From Eledone cirrhosa (lineage: Eukaryota), in NCBI GenBank assembly GCA_964016885.1, contig OZ024746.1, forward strand, positions 98,890,001-98,954,000: DNA of 64,000 nt, given 5' to 3'. This document shows positions 49,801 through 59,895 of the stretch, in pieces. Numbering within the stretch: position 1 is the stretch's first letter; each line of letters begins with the position of its first letter. The translations under genes were made by a program, and so were the position numbers. The notes beneath the pieces were generated by a model. It was not told the origin of the DNA, did not search any database, and saw only the letters and a list, made by a program, of their open reading frames with translations.

Positions 49801-52800
49801 ATATATATGTAACTTAAAGCTGGTCTTTAGAAAATTACAAAGATTGGTGCAATATATTGTCAAGAATCTACCAACTGTGAGCAACATCTTCCAGTATATG
49901 GAGGTTACAAAAAGATTCAACAACAATTTAGTTGCCTTATAGCTGACCTTATTTTTCATTTAAAAAAAAAAATGTTTGCCTCCTTTTTTCTTCTTTCTTT
50001 TCTACTTTATCTTTCTGTGTGTGTGTTTTTTTTTGCATTTTAACTCTTAAACCTTTAGCATTTAAACCAGCCATAACCGGCCAGATATGGTCTTTGGAGT
50101 AACGTTACTCAATAGAGTGTGTAGCTTGGAGATCAGAGAGGCACTCCAGGAAGAGTTGCTAGTTCTCTGAATTGAGAGATCACAGCTCCAATACTATGAG
50201 AATGTGATTAGAATATCTCAGGAAAGAATCACTGGACAGATTTTACAGAGAAAACGAACTGGTAAGAGACTCAGGGGTAGATTGCAAGCAAGATGATTGG
50301 ATAACATCCATGATCTGACTGGATCTCCGAGACCAACCAAGCTCATGGATGTTATCCAACCAACTTGCTCGGGGTCTACCCCTGGGTCTCCTGTTGGTTG
50401 GATTTGTCCACAAAATCTGTCCAGCGATTATTTCCTGAGATATTCTAACCACATGCCCGTGGTATTGGAGCTGTGATCTCTCAATTCAGAGAAGTAGCGG
50501 TTCTACTTGGAGTGACTCTCTGATCTCCGAGTAACATTACTCCAAAAAGTAAAAATATGGCAACAAAAGGTTTAAGCAGTGAATATGTTTTATGAGTCTG
50601 TGAAAATGTGAAGTAGGTTGTTAGAAAGAGTGAATGATAAGATTGTAGTTTTATTTACTTCTTTTTCTTTTATAGTTGCTTTTATCTGCAAACTCTTAAA
50701 ATAAACTGACCACTCGACACAGGGAAATCCCCCCCCCCCCACACACATAAATAATATGATCATCATGGATTGTCTTGACATCTGAATGCAGGTTGCTTTG
50801 CTCATCATACTGAGATGGACCTCATTACCAAGTGGGCCCTTATTCAAGTCAATGTCTTCTCAATATTGGAACCATCTAGACCAGCGGTCACCAACCTTTT
50901 GATCTTCATGGACCACTAAATTCATAATTTTAAATCCCGCGGACCACTAATATGAATTTTTTTACAAAGATAAATACATTTGTAAAATAATTGTTTCTTG
51001 TAAAATAATGATCAGAGAACTTCCATTTTATTAATATGAAATACACCTTTTTTACACCTTTATACATTTTTTAGGGGGTTATAAAATATATTTTAACTGA
51101 ATATTATTTTTGTTTTATTATTAATAAAACATAGGGTGGTGGGTTGGCAGTATTGGTAGAGTGTCGGACACCATGCTTTGCAGCATAGAGTTATGTCCCT
51201 TTACAGTTTGAGTTCAAATCCTGCCAAGGTTAACTTTGCCTTTCATCCTTACGGGGTCGATAAAATAAAGTACCAGTCACGCACTGGGGGTTGATTTAAT
51301 CTGCTGGCCTTGTGCCTATATAAGAAACCATTATTAATAAAATTGCAAATAATGTCCAAATTTTCTGCAGGCCACCATCATTTTCTGTTGGAGCACTGAG
51401 CTAGATTATCCAGGGTTGATGGGAAGAGTCCAAATAATTTTACCCTTCCCTGCTAAGAGATCTCATAATTAGTGACTCTTTTGCTCCTGCTCACGTCCTT
51501 CAATGGTGAGGGTCACTGCATTCATAACTGAACAGAATAAAATACTAGAAATTATTGGCAAACTATTATATATTCTCCCCACATGTGGGATTTGAAATAT
51601 TTGGAAGTGTTGGGCCACAGACAGCGAAATGTTTGTCATTGTTGGGTACTTTGCTACTCCAGTATCTTAGCCTCGCTATCATCTATTGCAATGCTGCGAG
51701 TGTGTTGGCTTGCCTCAAAAATTATTATTGGGAAACTCCAGTGCAGAGGTTCTCAATGTGTTTGAGACCCTCTGCTCTAGTGCCTGGTAGCATGTCATTA
51801 AATGTGACTTCTTCCAATTTTTAAAACTATAATATTAAAATATAAATAGTTTTTATTTGTATTCATTCTATTGAAATAAAAGTGAGTTACATAAAAATTC
51901 ATTATGACTTGCATGTTTACATACAGATTTATTGATCACATAAGTCATGTGAAGTTTGTTCATAGACTCATGCTTTGTTGCGGATGAATATATTATAAAT
52001 TATGGTTTTAATTTTGAGTGCATCTTGTTCATGTAATGCACTTTACTTTGTTTTTATTAGATGTGGTGTCTTGTATTTACTGTTAAATTCTTCACAATTG
52101 TTCTACAACTTTCTCTACAAACTTGTTTCTCCATGTGTTAATGATGGCTAATATGTTTTCGTCTATAAAATCTTGTTACACTGTTGAATATCAAGTCCAG
52201 TTTATATTATTAATCTTAACCTGTTCTTTACTAACTCGAGTGCACTCTTTAAAAAATGTCAAAGGTCATAGAGTCTATATTATCTAGACATTTTAAAAGT
52301 ATAAATAACTCCTGCTGCTACTGCACTTAGAAACTTGTATATTATTTCTGGTGTCATGATAAAATGTACTCGGTAGTGCGTGGGATCTTTTGTAAGTGAG
52401 TTGCCAGTTGCAGGCTTGTTTGAATACTTGTCGAGTGCAGGAATGTAAGTCAGATGCAGGCTCCTGACCCATCCATGGAGGTCAGTACCTCAGTTTCAGT
52501 ACGAACTTGGTTGGCTGGTAATAATTCTTCTTCTTTGCCCACTTATTTCTGAGAGGGTCATGGGGGCAGAGTCTTCAAACTCTCCCTCTACTGGGTCCTG
52601 TCAGAAGCAACCCTCTCCAACTGATCCGACTGGACTCCCAAGCAAGATCAGCCAAGCTCATGGATGTTATCCAACCATCTTGCTCAGGGTTTACCCTTGG
52701 ATCTTCTGCCAGTTGGTTTTGCCTGTAAAATCTGCCGTGCGATTCTTTCCTGAGATATTCTAATCACATGCTAATAACAATAATAAGGAAAATTATTGTG

Positions 52801-55084
52801 TACAGTGCTCAGGTGCACTACAACTCATCAAAGGTGCATGTATAATACATAGAATAATGTACAGATGTCAGGAAAGTGAACAGTGTATGAGTCATGATAC
52901 ACATGCGTGGGTGAGGGTGGAGGGGTAATATCAGGTGTAGTGTTGACAAATTTCGAGAAGCATGGAAGTTTTGAAGGTTGCAGTGTTCCGACAGCTAACA
53001 AATGATGCAGCTAGTTTGTTCCATGCTTCAGCAACTCTGAGCGTGGAAAAATGTTTTCAAAAGTTGCGGCGTCTCTGGTGCCAAGCTATATCGACCACTG
53101 CCTTTCCCTTGGACAACCTAAGGGTAGACAACCTAAGGGTCAACCCACCCCTGAAGGGAAGTAACTCTAACTGATAAATAGTGTTTTAGAACCCAGAGTG
53201 TTTTATGGCCCATGTGACTACTGCCTTTAACCCAGATCGTGACTTTCTGTAAAATTCTTAATTTCGAAAATTCATTACAATTGTGTGTGTGTATGTATAT
53301 ATGCATATGTATACATTTATATGTATGAGTATATAAACACAGATACACTCTCACAAAACACACACATACATCGCTATAGCGTTTCACCAACCTCTTCCTT
53401 CCTCAATCATTACATCAATGTGTGTGTATGTAATAATTATTTTGTATAATGTGTCTATAATGAATATGTATGAGAAGATGTATGTGTGTGTGTATGTATG
53501 TGTAGGTTTGCACTTCTGTAGTCTGTATATGTTTATGTATTTACGTGTAGATGTGTGTGTGTAACTAAAATGTAACGTACGTTACGAATGGACGACTAAA
53601 TGATTTTAACTTGTTTTTTAACAATTCATGGTGGAAAAGATTTCAAATTGTCTTAACTCAGACCGTAAAGGGCCGCAGCTCATGGTGTCTGACACTCTTA
53701 CTGGCTACATAGCTTCTTCTTTTTAATTATCACTAGCAGATTTACCCGGCGTTGCCCCGGGTTTGAAATTATGCTAAGAATATACAGCTAGGAAGTAAAT
53801 TGAATGGAAAATCCCATAAGGATTTAGTTTTTATGGGTTTACTGACACATGCATGTGACTTATAAGAAAATCGATGCTCGCTTAAGAGCCTTGTAGTGCA
53901 GAGAATAAACACCTACAATTTTGTCGCGAGTGACAAAAAAATGTGCAAGCTACAGCTGAAAAGTTGTAGGTCCCAACAGTTTGAATGGAAAGTCCCATAA
54001 GGATTTTGTTTTGATTGATTTCTACCTAACATCATGCACTTTAGAAAAAAATAATTTTGCTATCGATTTTTTATTGCTCAACGTGGGTCGATTTGAAAAA
54101 AATTTGTGATGTGACCATCTTAGCGACAGGTGCAACGTGCACAGAAAATTTGGTCAACTTCGGTTGGGAATTGTAAAAGCCTTAGCTGTCCAAAGTTGTC
54201 CACACACACATACACACACATCCTCGCTTTTATATATATAGATTTCTACTATAGGCACACGGCCAGCAATTTTTTTTTTGGGGGGGGGAAAGTCAATCCC
54301 GTAAGGATGAAAAGCAAAGCTAACCTCGGCGGGATTTAAACTCAGTATGTAAAGTGCCGCCACTCTATACCGAAAAGCATATTTTCCGACGCTCTACCGA
54401 TTCTGCCAATGCCTCAGTTTATTACTAGTTCACATCATCTCTTTACTCAAATAGGCTTACCTCAAAATATTCCGACGACTCTTATGATGTGTCGCCGATT
54501 GTTGCACTTGGTGAATAAATAACCTGTAATGTTATCTATACAATTGTGAATAGATATCAGTTGTTGTTGTCATAGTTGTTGGTGTCCTAGTTGTTGTTGT
54601 CCTAGTTGTTGGTGTCCTAGTTGTTGGTGTCCTAGTTGTCGTCCTAGTTGTTGGTGTCCTAGTTGTTGTTGTCCTAGTTGTTGTCCTAGTTGTTGGTGTC
54701 CTAGTTGTTGTCCTAGTTGTTGGTGTCCTAGTTGTTGTTGTCCTAGTTGTTGGTGTCCTAGTTGTTGTTGTCCTAGTTGCTGGTGTCCTGGTTGTTGGTG
54801 TCCTAGTTGTTGTCAGTTGTTGGTGTCCTAGTTGTTGTTGTCCTAGTTGTTGGTGTCCTAGTTGTTGTCCTAGTTGTTGTTGTCCTAGTTGTTGGTGTCC
54901 TAGTTGTTGTTGTCCTAGTTGTTTGTGTCCTAGTTGTTGTTGTCCTAGTTGTTGGTGTCCTAGTCATACTATATTGTATTATTTTACTGTGATGCGTCGT
55001 ACTGTGTTAGATGTTCAATAAGTGGATTTCAAACATTGTCAAAACATTGTCATAAATGACTAAATCAACTCTAGGGCTTGTGTC

Positions 55085-55133
<49 letters not shown>

Positions 55134-55844
55134 CCACCACCACCATCACGTCATCATCATCATCATCATCATCATCGCCATCATCATTGTTTAACGTCCA
55201 TCTTCTATGCTAGCATGAGTTAGATGGGAATTGTCCCACTTGGGGCAAGATCGAACGGGTGACCATGTCTCGCTCGTATAGAACTGTTTCTGGCAGGTTT
55301 TCTACAACTGGATGCTCTTCCCAACACCAACCACATTTACAGTGTGGACTGGGAGCCTTTTTACTGTGTCTCCTACACAACCACTTTACAGTGTGGACTG
55401 GGTGCTTTTGGTCGTGTCACCGACACAACCACTTTACAGTGGACGGAAGTGGGAGGATGGAATAGGGGGTGAGGTGTATATTTGGTTAAGAGGTGCCTAC
55501 TGATTGTAGGTTCGTACATCAGGGAAGGCGGGTCTTCTGTATTACTGCGTAACGCCAAAGATCTCGATCCAGTGACATTGTCTTAGAGAGGTGTAAGCGA
55601 GCAACGTCAGATTTTATCACTTCATCCCAGGTTTTTCTGGGTATACTCACTCCGCAGCTTCCATGTAGTGTTTGTACCAGAGATTTCAAGTCGTTGGCTG
55701 AACTAAAAAGTCACACTCGTTCAGCGCAATGGTAGGGGTTCTCCTACATGGATATAAAGTAGTGGCCGTACTCGAAAACGAGTTGGCAGCCACCATGTAT
55801 GTATGTATGTTCTTCTGGTTTTATAATTTCACAAACTGTTACCA

Positions 55845-55902
<58 letters not shown>

Positions 55903-58877
55903 TTTCTAACATAGACACAAGACTCTCTCATTGGAATTTACATATCAACTAGGTAGATATGTCTGCATGTCTGCATGCATATGGATGTTATTGTATTTGT
56001 TGATGTGTATGTTTTGAGTTTTATGTGTGCATGTACTAATGCTTTGTATCTGTACGTGTATATGCAGTATGTATGTGTATATGTGTGGGTGCGTGTGTCT
56101 GCGTGGGTGCGTGTATACGTGCGTGCCCGTACGTACGTGTGTATGTATGTTTATACGTGTGTGAACATCAATTATATTTTCTAATAAGACACGAAGAAAT
56201 GTTTTAAGGGAAATAACTCTATTTAAAACTATTGGAGAAATCTGTCTCAACATTTGTTAGTGTCATGATGAAATAACTGTTTCTACTTTTGGCACAAGGC
56301 CAGCAAATTAACCAGTGTATTACTGGTACGTTATTCTATCGACCCCGTAAGGATGAAAGGCAAAGTTAACCTCGGCGGGATTTGAACTCAGAATGGCATG
56401 ATGAAATAACAAACTTTATTGTGTACAAGAAAGGAGTTGAAATTGTTAGACCGTTGTACTGTATGTTGTATGGTATGAGGTTAGCTCTGATTGAACAAAC
56501 TTAATATCTTGAGATAAAACTTAAAACTAAAAAACACAGCCGAGGGCACAAATAAATTGCCACGGCCGTCGCTGGTGCCCCCCCCCATAAAATGTCTCCT
56601 ATGTCCCCCCCCCCCCCATCCGATTGAATCCACCTCTACGTACATCACCTTTCTTTATTGCCTTCTTCCAGTCACTTCTATGAGTCGACACACTTCTCCT
56701 TGTCCTCTTCCAATCTTTTCTGTATTTCATCTGTCACCCACCTTGTGGATTGTCTCTCTGTTGACCACTCTCTGCTGGTCTCTGTCCTTTGAGCCATTTT
56801 TGCTCATCACTGTCTTTGACAGCACTTAGCTGTATTTATGGCACTTCTGTTTCTCATTTTTATCTATATATAAATTTTTGCGATTCTGTCACAACACATA
56901 AAGAGAAAGGAGTAGTTTGACTACCTCATACTACTCCCCTCTCTTTACATCTGCTGCCTGTGTGAATCAGTGGCGAAGGGTAACCTGGAAAGCAGGGCAT
57001 GCAGTCCAATCGCCATGGCAGAAAGTGGGGCTGTGCAGCCTTACCTCCCCTCCCCCCAAATCCCTTTAAATGACCCTCCTGGTCAAAGCTGCATGTAGTT
57101 TTATCTAATGTGTGTGTGTGTTATCTTTTTATGTGTCTACGATTTAGTAAGCAGCCAAAATTCTGCTTTCTTCAACCGACGCAATTGATCAACTCAAGAT
57201 TCTATAGCGCATGCACTCACCCTTCGCCCCTGGCATGAATGTATGTGTGTACAAGAAAGGAAGGGGGTGGTGAAAAAACTATAGCAAAATGGCAGCTGGC
57301 GTTCCATTTGTTAAGCTGTGTATGTGTGTGCATGAGTGTGCATGCACATACACACACACATATACACATATGCGTCAGTGTGTTGAAAAAAAGGCAGAGC
57401 TAACCTCGGCAGGATATAAACTCAGAATGGCCATAACTCTAAGCATTGTGTCTGACGCTCTACCGAATGTTTATGATGATTAACTCTTAGTGCTGCCTTT
57501 AATATAATTAGGAAATTATTGTGTACAGTGCTCAGGTGCACTACAACTCATTAAAGGTGTATGTATAGTACATAGAATAATGTACAAATGTCAGGAAAGT
57601 TAACAGTGTATGAGTCATGATATACATGTGTGTGTGTGTGTATGGAGGGGGGATATCAGGTGTAGTGTTGGTGAATTTTGGGAAGCATGGAGGTTTTAAA
57701 GGATGCAGTGTTTCAGCAGCTAACAACTGATGCAGGTAGTTTTGTTCCATGGAGGTTTTAAAGGATGCAGTGTCCCGGCAGCTAACAACTGATGCAGGTA
57801 GTTTTGTTCCATGGAGGTTTTAAAGGATGCAGTGTCCCGGCAGCTAACAACTGATGCAGGTAGTTTTGTTCCATGGAGGTTTTAAAGGATGCAGTGTCCC
57901 GGCAGCTAACAACTGATGCAGCTAGTTTGTTCCTGTGCTGTTTTCTGATTTTGTGGGCATGCCCACGGGTGTTAGACACATGGAATTCAAAAAGGTGCTC
58001 AGGTTGTTGTTGGCAAGATGGTTAATAATTTTGTGGGTGTTTACCAAGTCGGAGCTTCAATGTATCCATGCCTACGGAAGCAAGGTGTTCAGAGTATGGT
58101 AGATGCCTGAACAGTTTCCAGGTGGTCAATTTTCTGAGCCAGATAATATGTTGTTTATAAACCCAGTCATATTCTTTGCTGACATTGTAATGATTTTTTA
58201 CTTACAGGTTGTGTTTTAAACAATGAGTTGTATATATCTGGAGGGCATGATGGGACGGATCTATTAAATAATGTAGTCAGTTATGATCCACTTGTGAAGA
58301 ATTGGAAAAGGAGAGAGTCTTTGATACAGCGGCGTTCCTGTCATGCAATGGCTTCTGTAAATGGATATATCTATGCTGTTGGAGGCTGTACTATGCAACA
58401 AGGCTTAATCCAAGACATTAAAGTAAGTTATAACAAGCATCTCTCTATATATCCCCCCCTCCTCTCCCCGCCCCTCCTCATCCTCATCCCCCCTCCTCCT
58501 CCTTCTTCTTCTTCTTCTTTTTCATTTTCTTCTTCTAAAATGTCTGTTAGGTAGGTATTCCAGTTTTAAAATCCTTTCTCTCTCTCTCTATTTTCTCTTA
58601 GGATTGTGAGAAATATGACCCTCTGACCGATCAGTGGACACGTTTGACCAATGAAACACAACAGACGCCAATGTCCTGTATATATCCTATTATTCGACAC
58701 AATAAGATTTATTGTGTAGGTGGATACAAATTTACTAACAACCAGTATGTGGATATGGTTTCAGTTTTTGACCCAGCAGACCAATCGTGGAAACATGTTC
58801 AACTTATCTCTGATCTCTTCACCCATTATCACCAGTGCTGCTCAATTATTCTTGATCCCAGTTTCTTTGTCAGCTGA
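22969..58877 (+). CDS. Kelch-like BTB-BACK-Kelch protein (KLHL9/13-like, probable Cullin-3 substrate adaptor); spliced CDS join(22969..24078,47040..47217,58208..58422,58602..58877), 592 aa
   Basis: Four exons with canonical AG/GT boundaries and matching phases (0,1,0); 1110+178+215+276=1779 nt ending in TGA. BTB, then BACK, then six GG-type kelch motifs (FRYGG, YVAGG, YAVGG, YISGG, YAVGG, YCVGG). GGQSRYTITGKFAKKTVYRY..KWQQVAAMNEYR resembles the KLHL9/13 subfamily from recall. Confidence 0.88.
25494..26213. mobile_element. Fold-back DNA element with ~235-bp TIRs and 4-bp TSD (Sola-like)
   Basis: aata|GGGTCATTCC ... ATACCC|aata; arms about 25494-25727 and 25981-26213 are reverse complements. 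Confidence 0.75.
26743..27475. repeat. 43-bp minisatellite (~17 copies) amplified from an interspersed repeat (unamplified version at 24374-24468)
   Basis: Unit cattatagaactgttgttttgaccatatcttataaggttctta; same 3' flank (aaagtttgatggaa..ttaaataccaacactt) at both loci. Confidence 0.92.
27875..28637. mobile_element. hAT (Charlie-like) MITE with a SINE-B insertion and an internal 85-bp x3 tandem repeat
   Basis: cagcggtcgccaacc / ggttggtgatgtctg TIRs, imperfect 8-bp TSD ctttacac/ctttattc; second copy at 50882-51398. Confidence 0.8.
29290..29690 (+). mobile_element. Solo pLTR-like fragment of the same Penelope-like family as 21440-22441
   Basis: 29340-29522 aligns to the reverse complement of 21440-21610. 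Confidence 0.7.
29428..29468 (+). ncRNA. Minimal hammerhead-ribozyme motif (U3-A8 variant), second copy
   Basis: gccc UUGAGAA GCCC-auuc-GGGC GAAA CAUAUG UA ggugc; stem III palindrome ACAUAUGU. Confidence 0.65.
29725..29998 (-). mobile_element. 5'-truncated SINE-A variant with a longer RTE-type tail
   Basis: SINE-A CORE-end sequence joined to the long RTE tail (ggttgtcctgttgtgggcag...). Confidence 0.7.
30062..32358 (+). mobile_element. Degenerate Penelope-like retroelement (RT plus GIY-YIG plus 3' region)
   Basis: SDKGK, IRHIISS, FSLDVVSLYT, QTSGQPMGSSFSGLLAISYM, frameshifted RYVDDI, INGYP, VVYRLVCNKC..IGNT..IKEH; multiple stops and frameshifts; (TA)n on both flanks. Confidence 0.88.
32371..35470 (+). 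mobile_element. RTE LINE, 5'-truncated (APE endonuclease, RT, PHD-like finger, 3'UTR, (GAT)n tail), inactivated
   Basis: SAYAPQSG, IAGDLNGHVG, SQIDYIL, NYRGIKL, QFGF, AFVDLEKAFDRV, GVHQGSVLSPLLF, LYADDL, FRYLG, GRPRKTW; several stops and frameshifts. Confidence 0.96.
35481..36129. mobile_element. Non-coding fold-back element with ~205-bp inverted arms, each carrying a hammerhead motif (probable inverted Penelope-type pLTRs)
   Basis: Arms 35481-35686 and 35920-36129 are reverse complements; the spacer has three ~33-bp sub-repeats (gcatattagcagat). Confidence 0.7.
35951..35993 (+). ncRNA. Type I hammerhead-ribozyme motif (antisense twin at 35613-35655)
   Basis: GGUA CUGAUGA aaGGU-aauc-ACCca GAAA CAUUAGUG UC UGCC; extended stem I (UAAGCAG/CUGUUUA, GGCA/UGCC); GUC cleavage triplet. 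Confidence 0.72.
36130..36472. mobile_element. Tigger/pogo-like MITE, left terminus clipped; related fragment at ~42245-42410 (-)
   Basis: gaacctcgattcatgaac / gttcatgaactgaggttccactg TIRs. Confidence 0.65.
38255..38900 (+). mobile_element. Degenerate RTE 3' fragment
   Basis: MLHGNET..., CIKRCRVLKVDGSHGEGRPRKT, 3'UTR. Confidence 0.8.
39294..40915 (-). mobile_element. RTE LINE (subfamily B), 5'-truncated RT-to-tail copy
   Basis: GVHQGSVLSPLLF, WELLYADDL, KWPCSVC, GRPKKT, (CAT)n tail at 39294. Confidence 0.92.
40957..41299 (-). mobile_element. Full-length SINE-A
   Basis: Reverse complement of 16317-16662; flanked by (TA)n. Confidence 0.9.
41605..41650 (+). ncRNA. Isolated hammerhead-ribozyme-like motif between (TA)n tracts
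   Basis: uuu CUGAUGA uUUC-uccu-GAAu GAAA CAG-uucuaguc-CUG UA gaa; stem III close to the palindrome ACAGGACUAGUCCUGU; stems I and II weak. Confidence 0.5.
43149..44422. repeat. Long compound (CAT/CAC)n microsatellite with a short inverted (GAT/GGT)n block at its right end
   Basis: Direct reading; source of poly-H/G/D/P/T/V pseudo-ORFs. Confidence 0.95.
44723..46442 (-). mobile_element. RTE LINE (subfamily B), 5'-truncated copy
   Basis: ORF 45907-46425 with QFGF, AFVDLEKAFDRV, GVHQGSVLSP, LYADDL; PHD-like region; 3'UTR and tail. Confidence 0.93.
46456..46799 (-). mobile_element. Full-length SINE-A
   Basis: Reverse complement of 16317-16662; (TA)n flanks. Confidence 0.9.
47040..47217 (+). CDS. 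KLHL-like coding exon 2 (kelch 3)
   Basis: ttattgtag| acceptor; VAAMNEYRCLFYLGVLNNHLYAVGG...SVEVYN...W...HEHAG; G|gtaagt donor, phase 1. Confidence 0.9.
50048..50575. mobile_element. piggyBac-like ends enclosing a hairpin made of two head-to-head RTE fragments
   Basis: ttaaacctttagcattt ... aaaaggtttaa; arms ~50093-50312 and ~50343-50546. Confidence 0.6.
50882..51398. mobile_element. hAT (Charlie-like) MITE, second copy, with SINE-B at 51134-51335
   Basis: Same body as 27875-28637; flanks atctagac / agctagat. Confidence 0.75.
52773..53075 (-). mobile_element. CR1/L2-like LINE 3' end
   Basis: Same family as 57505-58130; minus strand FSTLRVAEAWNKL; (TAA)n-like tail. Confidence 0.7.
53733..54242 (-). 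mobile_element. Non-autonomous Helitron
   Basis: Minus strand A|TCTATATATATAAAAGCG ... hairpin ccggggcaacgccggg ... CTAG|T; no TSD. Confidence 0.82.
54559..54964. repeat. 12/15-bp minisatellite (gttgttggtgtccta)n
   Basis: Direct reading. Confidence 0.92.
55087..55665 (-). mobile_element. RTE 3' end with long (CAT)n tail
   Basis: Homologous to 34920-35470. Confidence 0.82.
57505..58130 (-). mobile_element. CR1/L2-like LINE 3' end with an internal 62-bp x4 tandem repeat (57686-57932)
   Basis: NTRGHAHKI motif typical of CR1-type C-termini; period 62 (57686, 57748, 57810, 57872). Confidence 0.75.
58208..58422 (+). CDS. KLHL-like coding exon 3 (kelch 4-5)
   Basis: cttacag| acceptor, phase 1 completes Gly; LYISGGHDG...YDPLVKNW...HAMASVNGYIYAVGG; AAA|gtaagt donor. 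Confidence 0.9.
58602..58877 (+). CDS. KLHL-like terminal coding exon (kelch 5-6, stop)
   Basis: ttctcttag| acceptor; DCEKYDPLTDQW...IYCVGG...VFDPADQSW; TGA at 58875-58877. Confidence 0.9.
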   Translation, partial: DCEKYDPLTDQWTRLTNETQQTPMSCIYPIIRHNKIYCVGGYKFTNNQYVDMVSVFDPADQSWKHVQLISDLFTHYHQCCSIILDPSFFVS

Positions 58878-59120
58878 GAACATTTTACCATAATCTTATT
58901 TGGCTAATATAATTCTTACCATACATGGATCAAGTTTTGATCATTATAATGATCCCACTTGACTGATCAAACCTTGATATTTATCCGATGGTCACACCTT
59001 GCTAATCAAACTCTGATATTTACTAGATGATGACCATATATTGATTATTTTTAGTTATCTGATAATATTAATTTGACAGTTATCTGGTGACCATAGTATT
59101 TTATTGAACATTGATAGTGA

Positions 59121-59126
59121 AATAAA
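59121..59126 (+). promoter_or_regulatory. Candidate polyadenylation signal of the KLHL-like gene
   Basis: AATAAA about 245 nt after the stop, followed by GT/T-rich sequence; AATAAA is common in this AT-rich DNA. Confidence 0.35.
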
Positions 59127-59895
59127 TAACTACATATTGTTTGTAGTTATTTGGTGACTATTATAATAGAGCACAACGTGATGCTTGCTGTCTAATGAGC
59201 AAACTATGCTGATTAGTATCAGATAATCACACTGTATTCATTCAAAACTCAAAAAATCCAGCAGGCAAGATAATCCAAATAAATTTAATCTCAGTATTTT
59301 TTATTGTTGGAAGAAAGAAACAAAGGCTTCTAATGAAAACAAAATGCTTGAGTTGTAGTGACTATGTGTACAGGGTTGTATTTTTTGTAGGCATACTTCA
59401 TACAAATTGGTACTTAACTAGTCTCACTCTATACACAGGGAACAGTTAACCCTTTAGCATATAAACTGGCCATATCCGGCCAGAATTCTCTCACCTCTTT
59501 CTGTTCAAATCAGCCATAACTGGCTGTTCATACTTATGTTAAGGTATTATTATCAAAATCTCGTAGATTCGATATTATGTCAGATAATTATGTGAAGTAA
59601 AGTGTTTACCATGAAAATACAATATTTAAATGTAGAGTAAGGAAAATGCTAAAGGGTTAACTTTAAATAAGAAAGATTTACTAGTTAAATCACAGTTCTG
59701 ATAGAACAACAATAAAAATGATTAGGTTTAACAGAGTTTGTTGTTGATGAGTCAAATTAATTCTTAAACTTGTTGGTTAGTATGGGTGAGAAAAAAGAAG
59801 AGAAAATGTACGTATGTATGTTTGTAGGCCTGTCTATGTATGTATATATGTTTGTATGTATGAACGTGTGTAATTATATATATATATGTATATAA

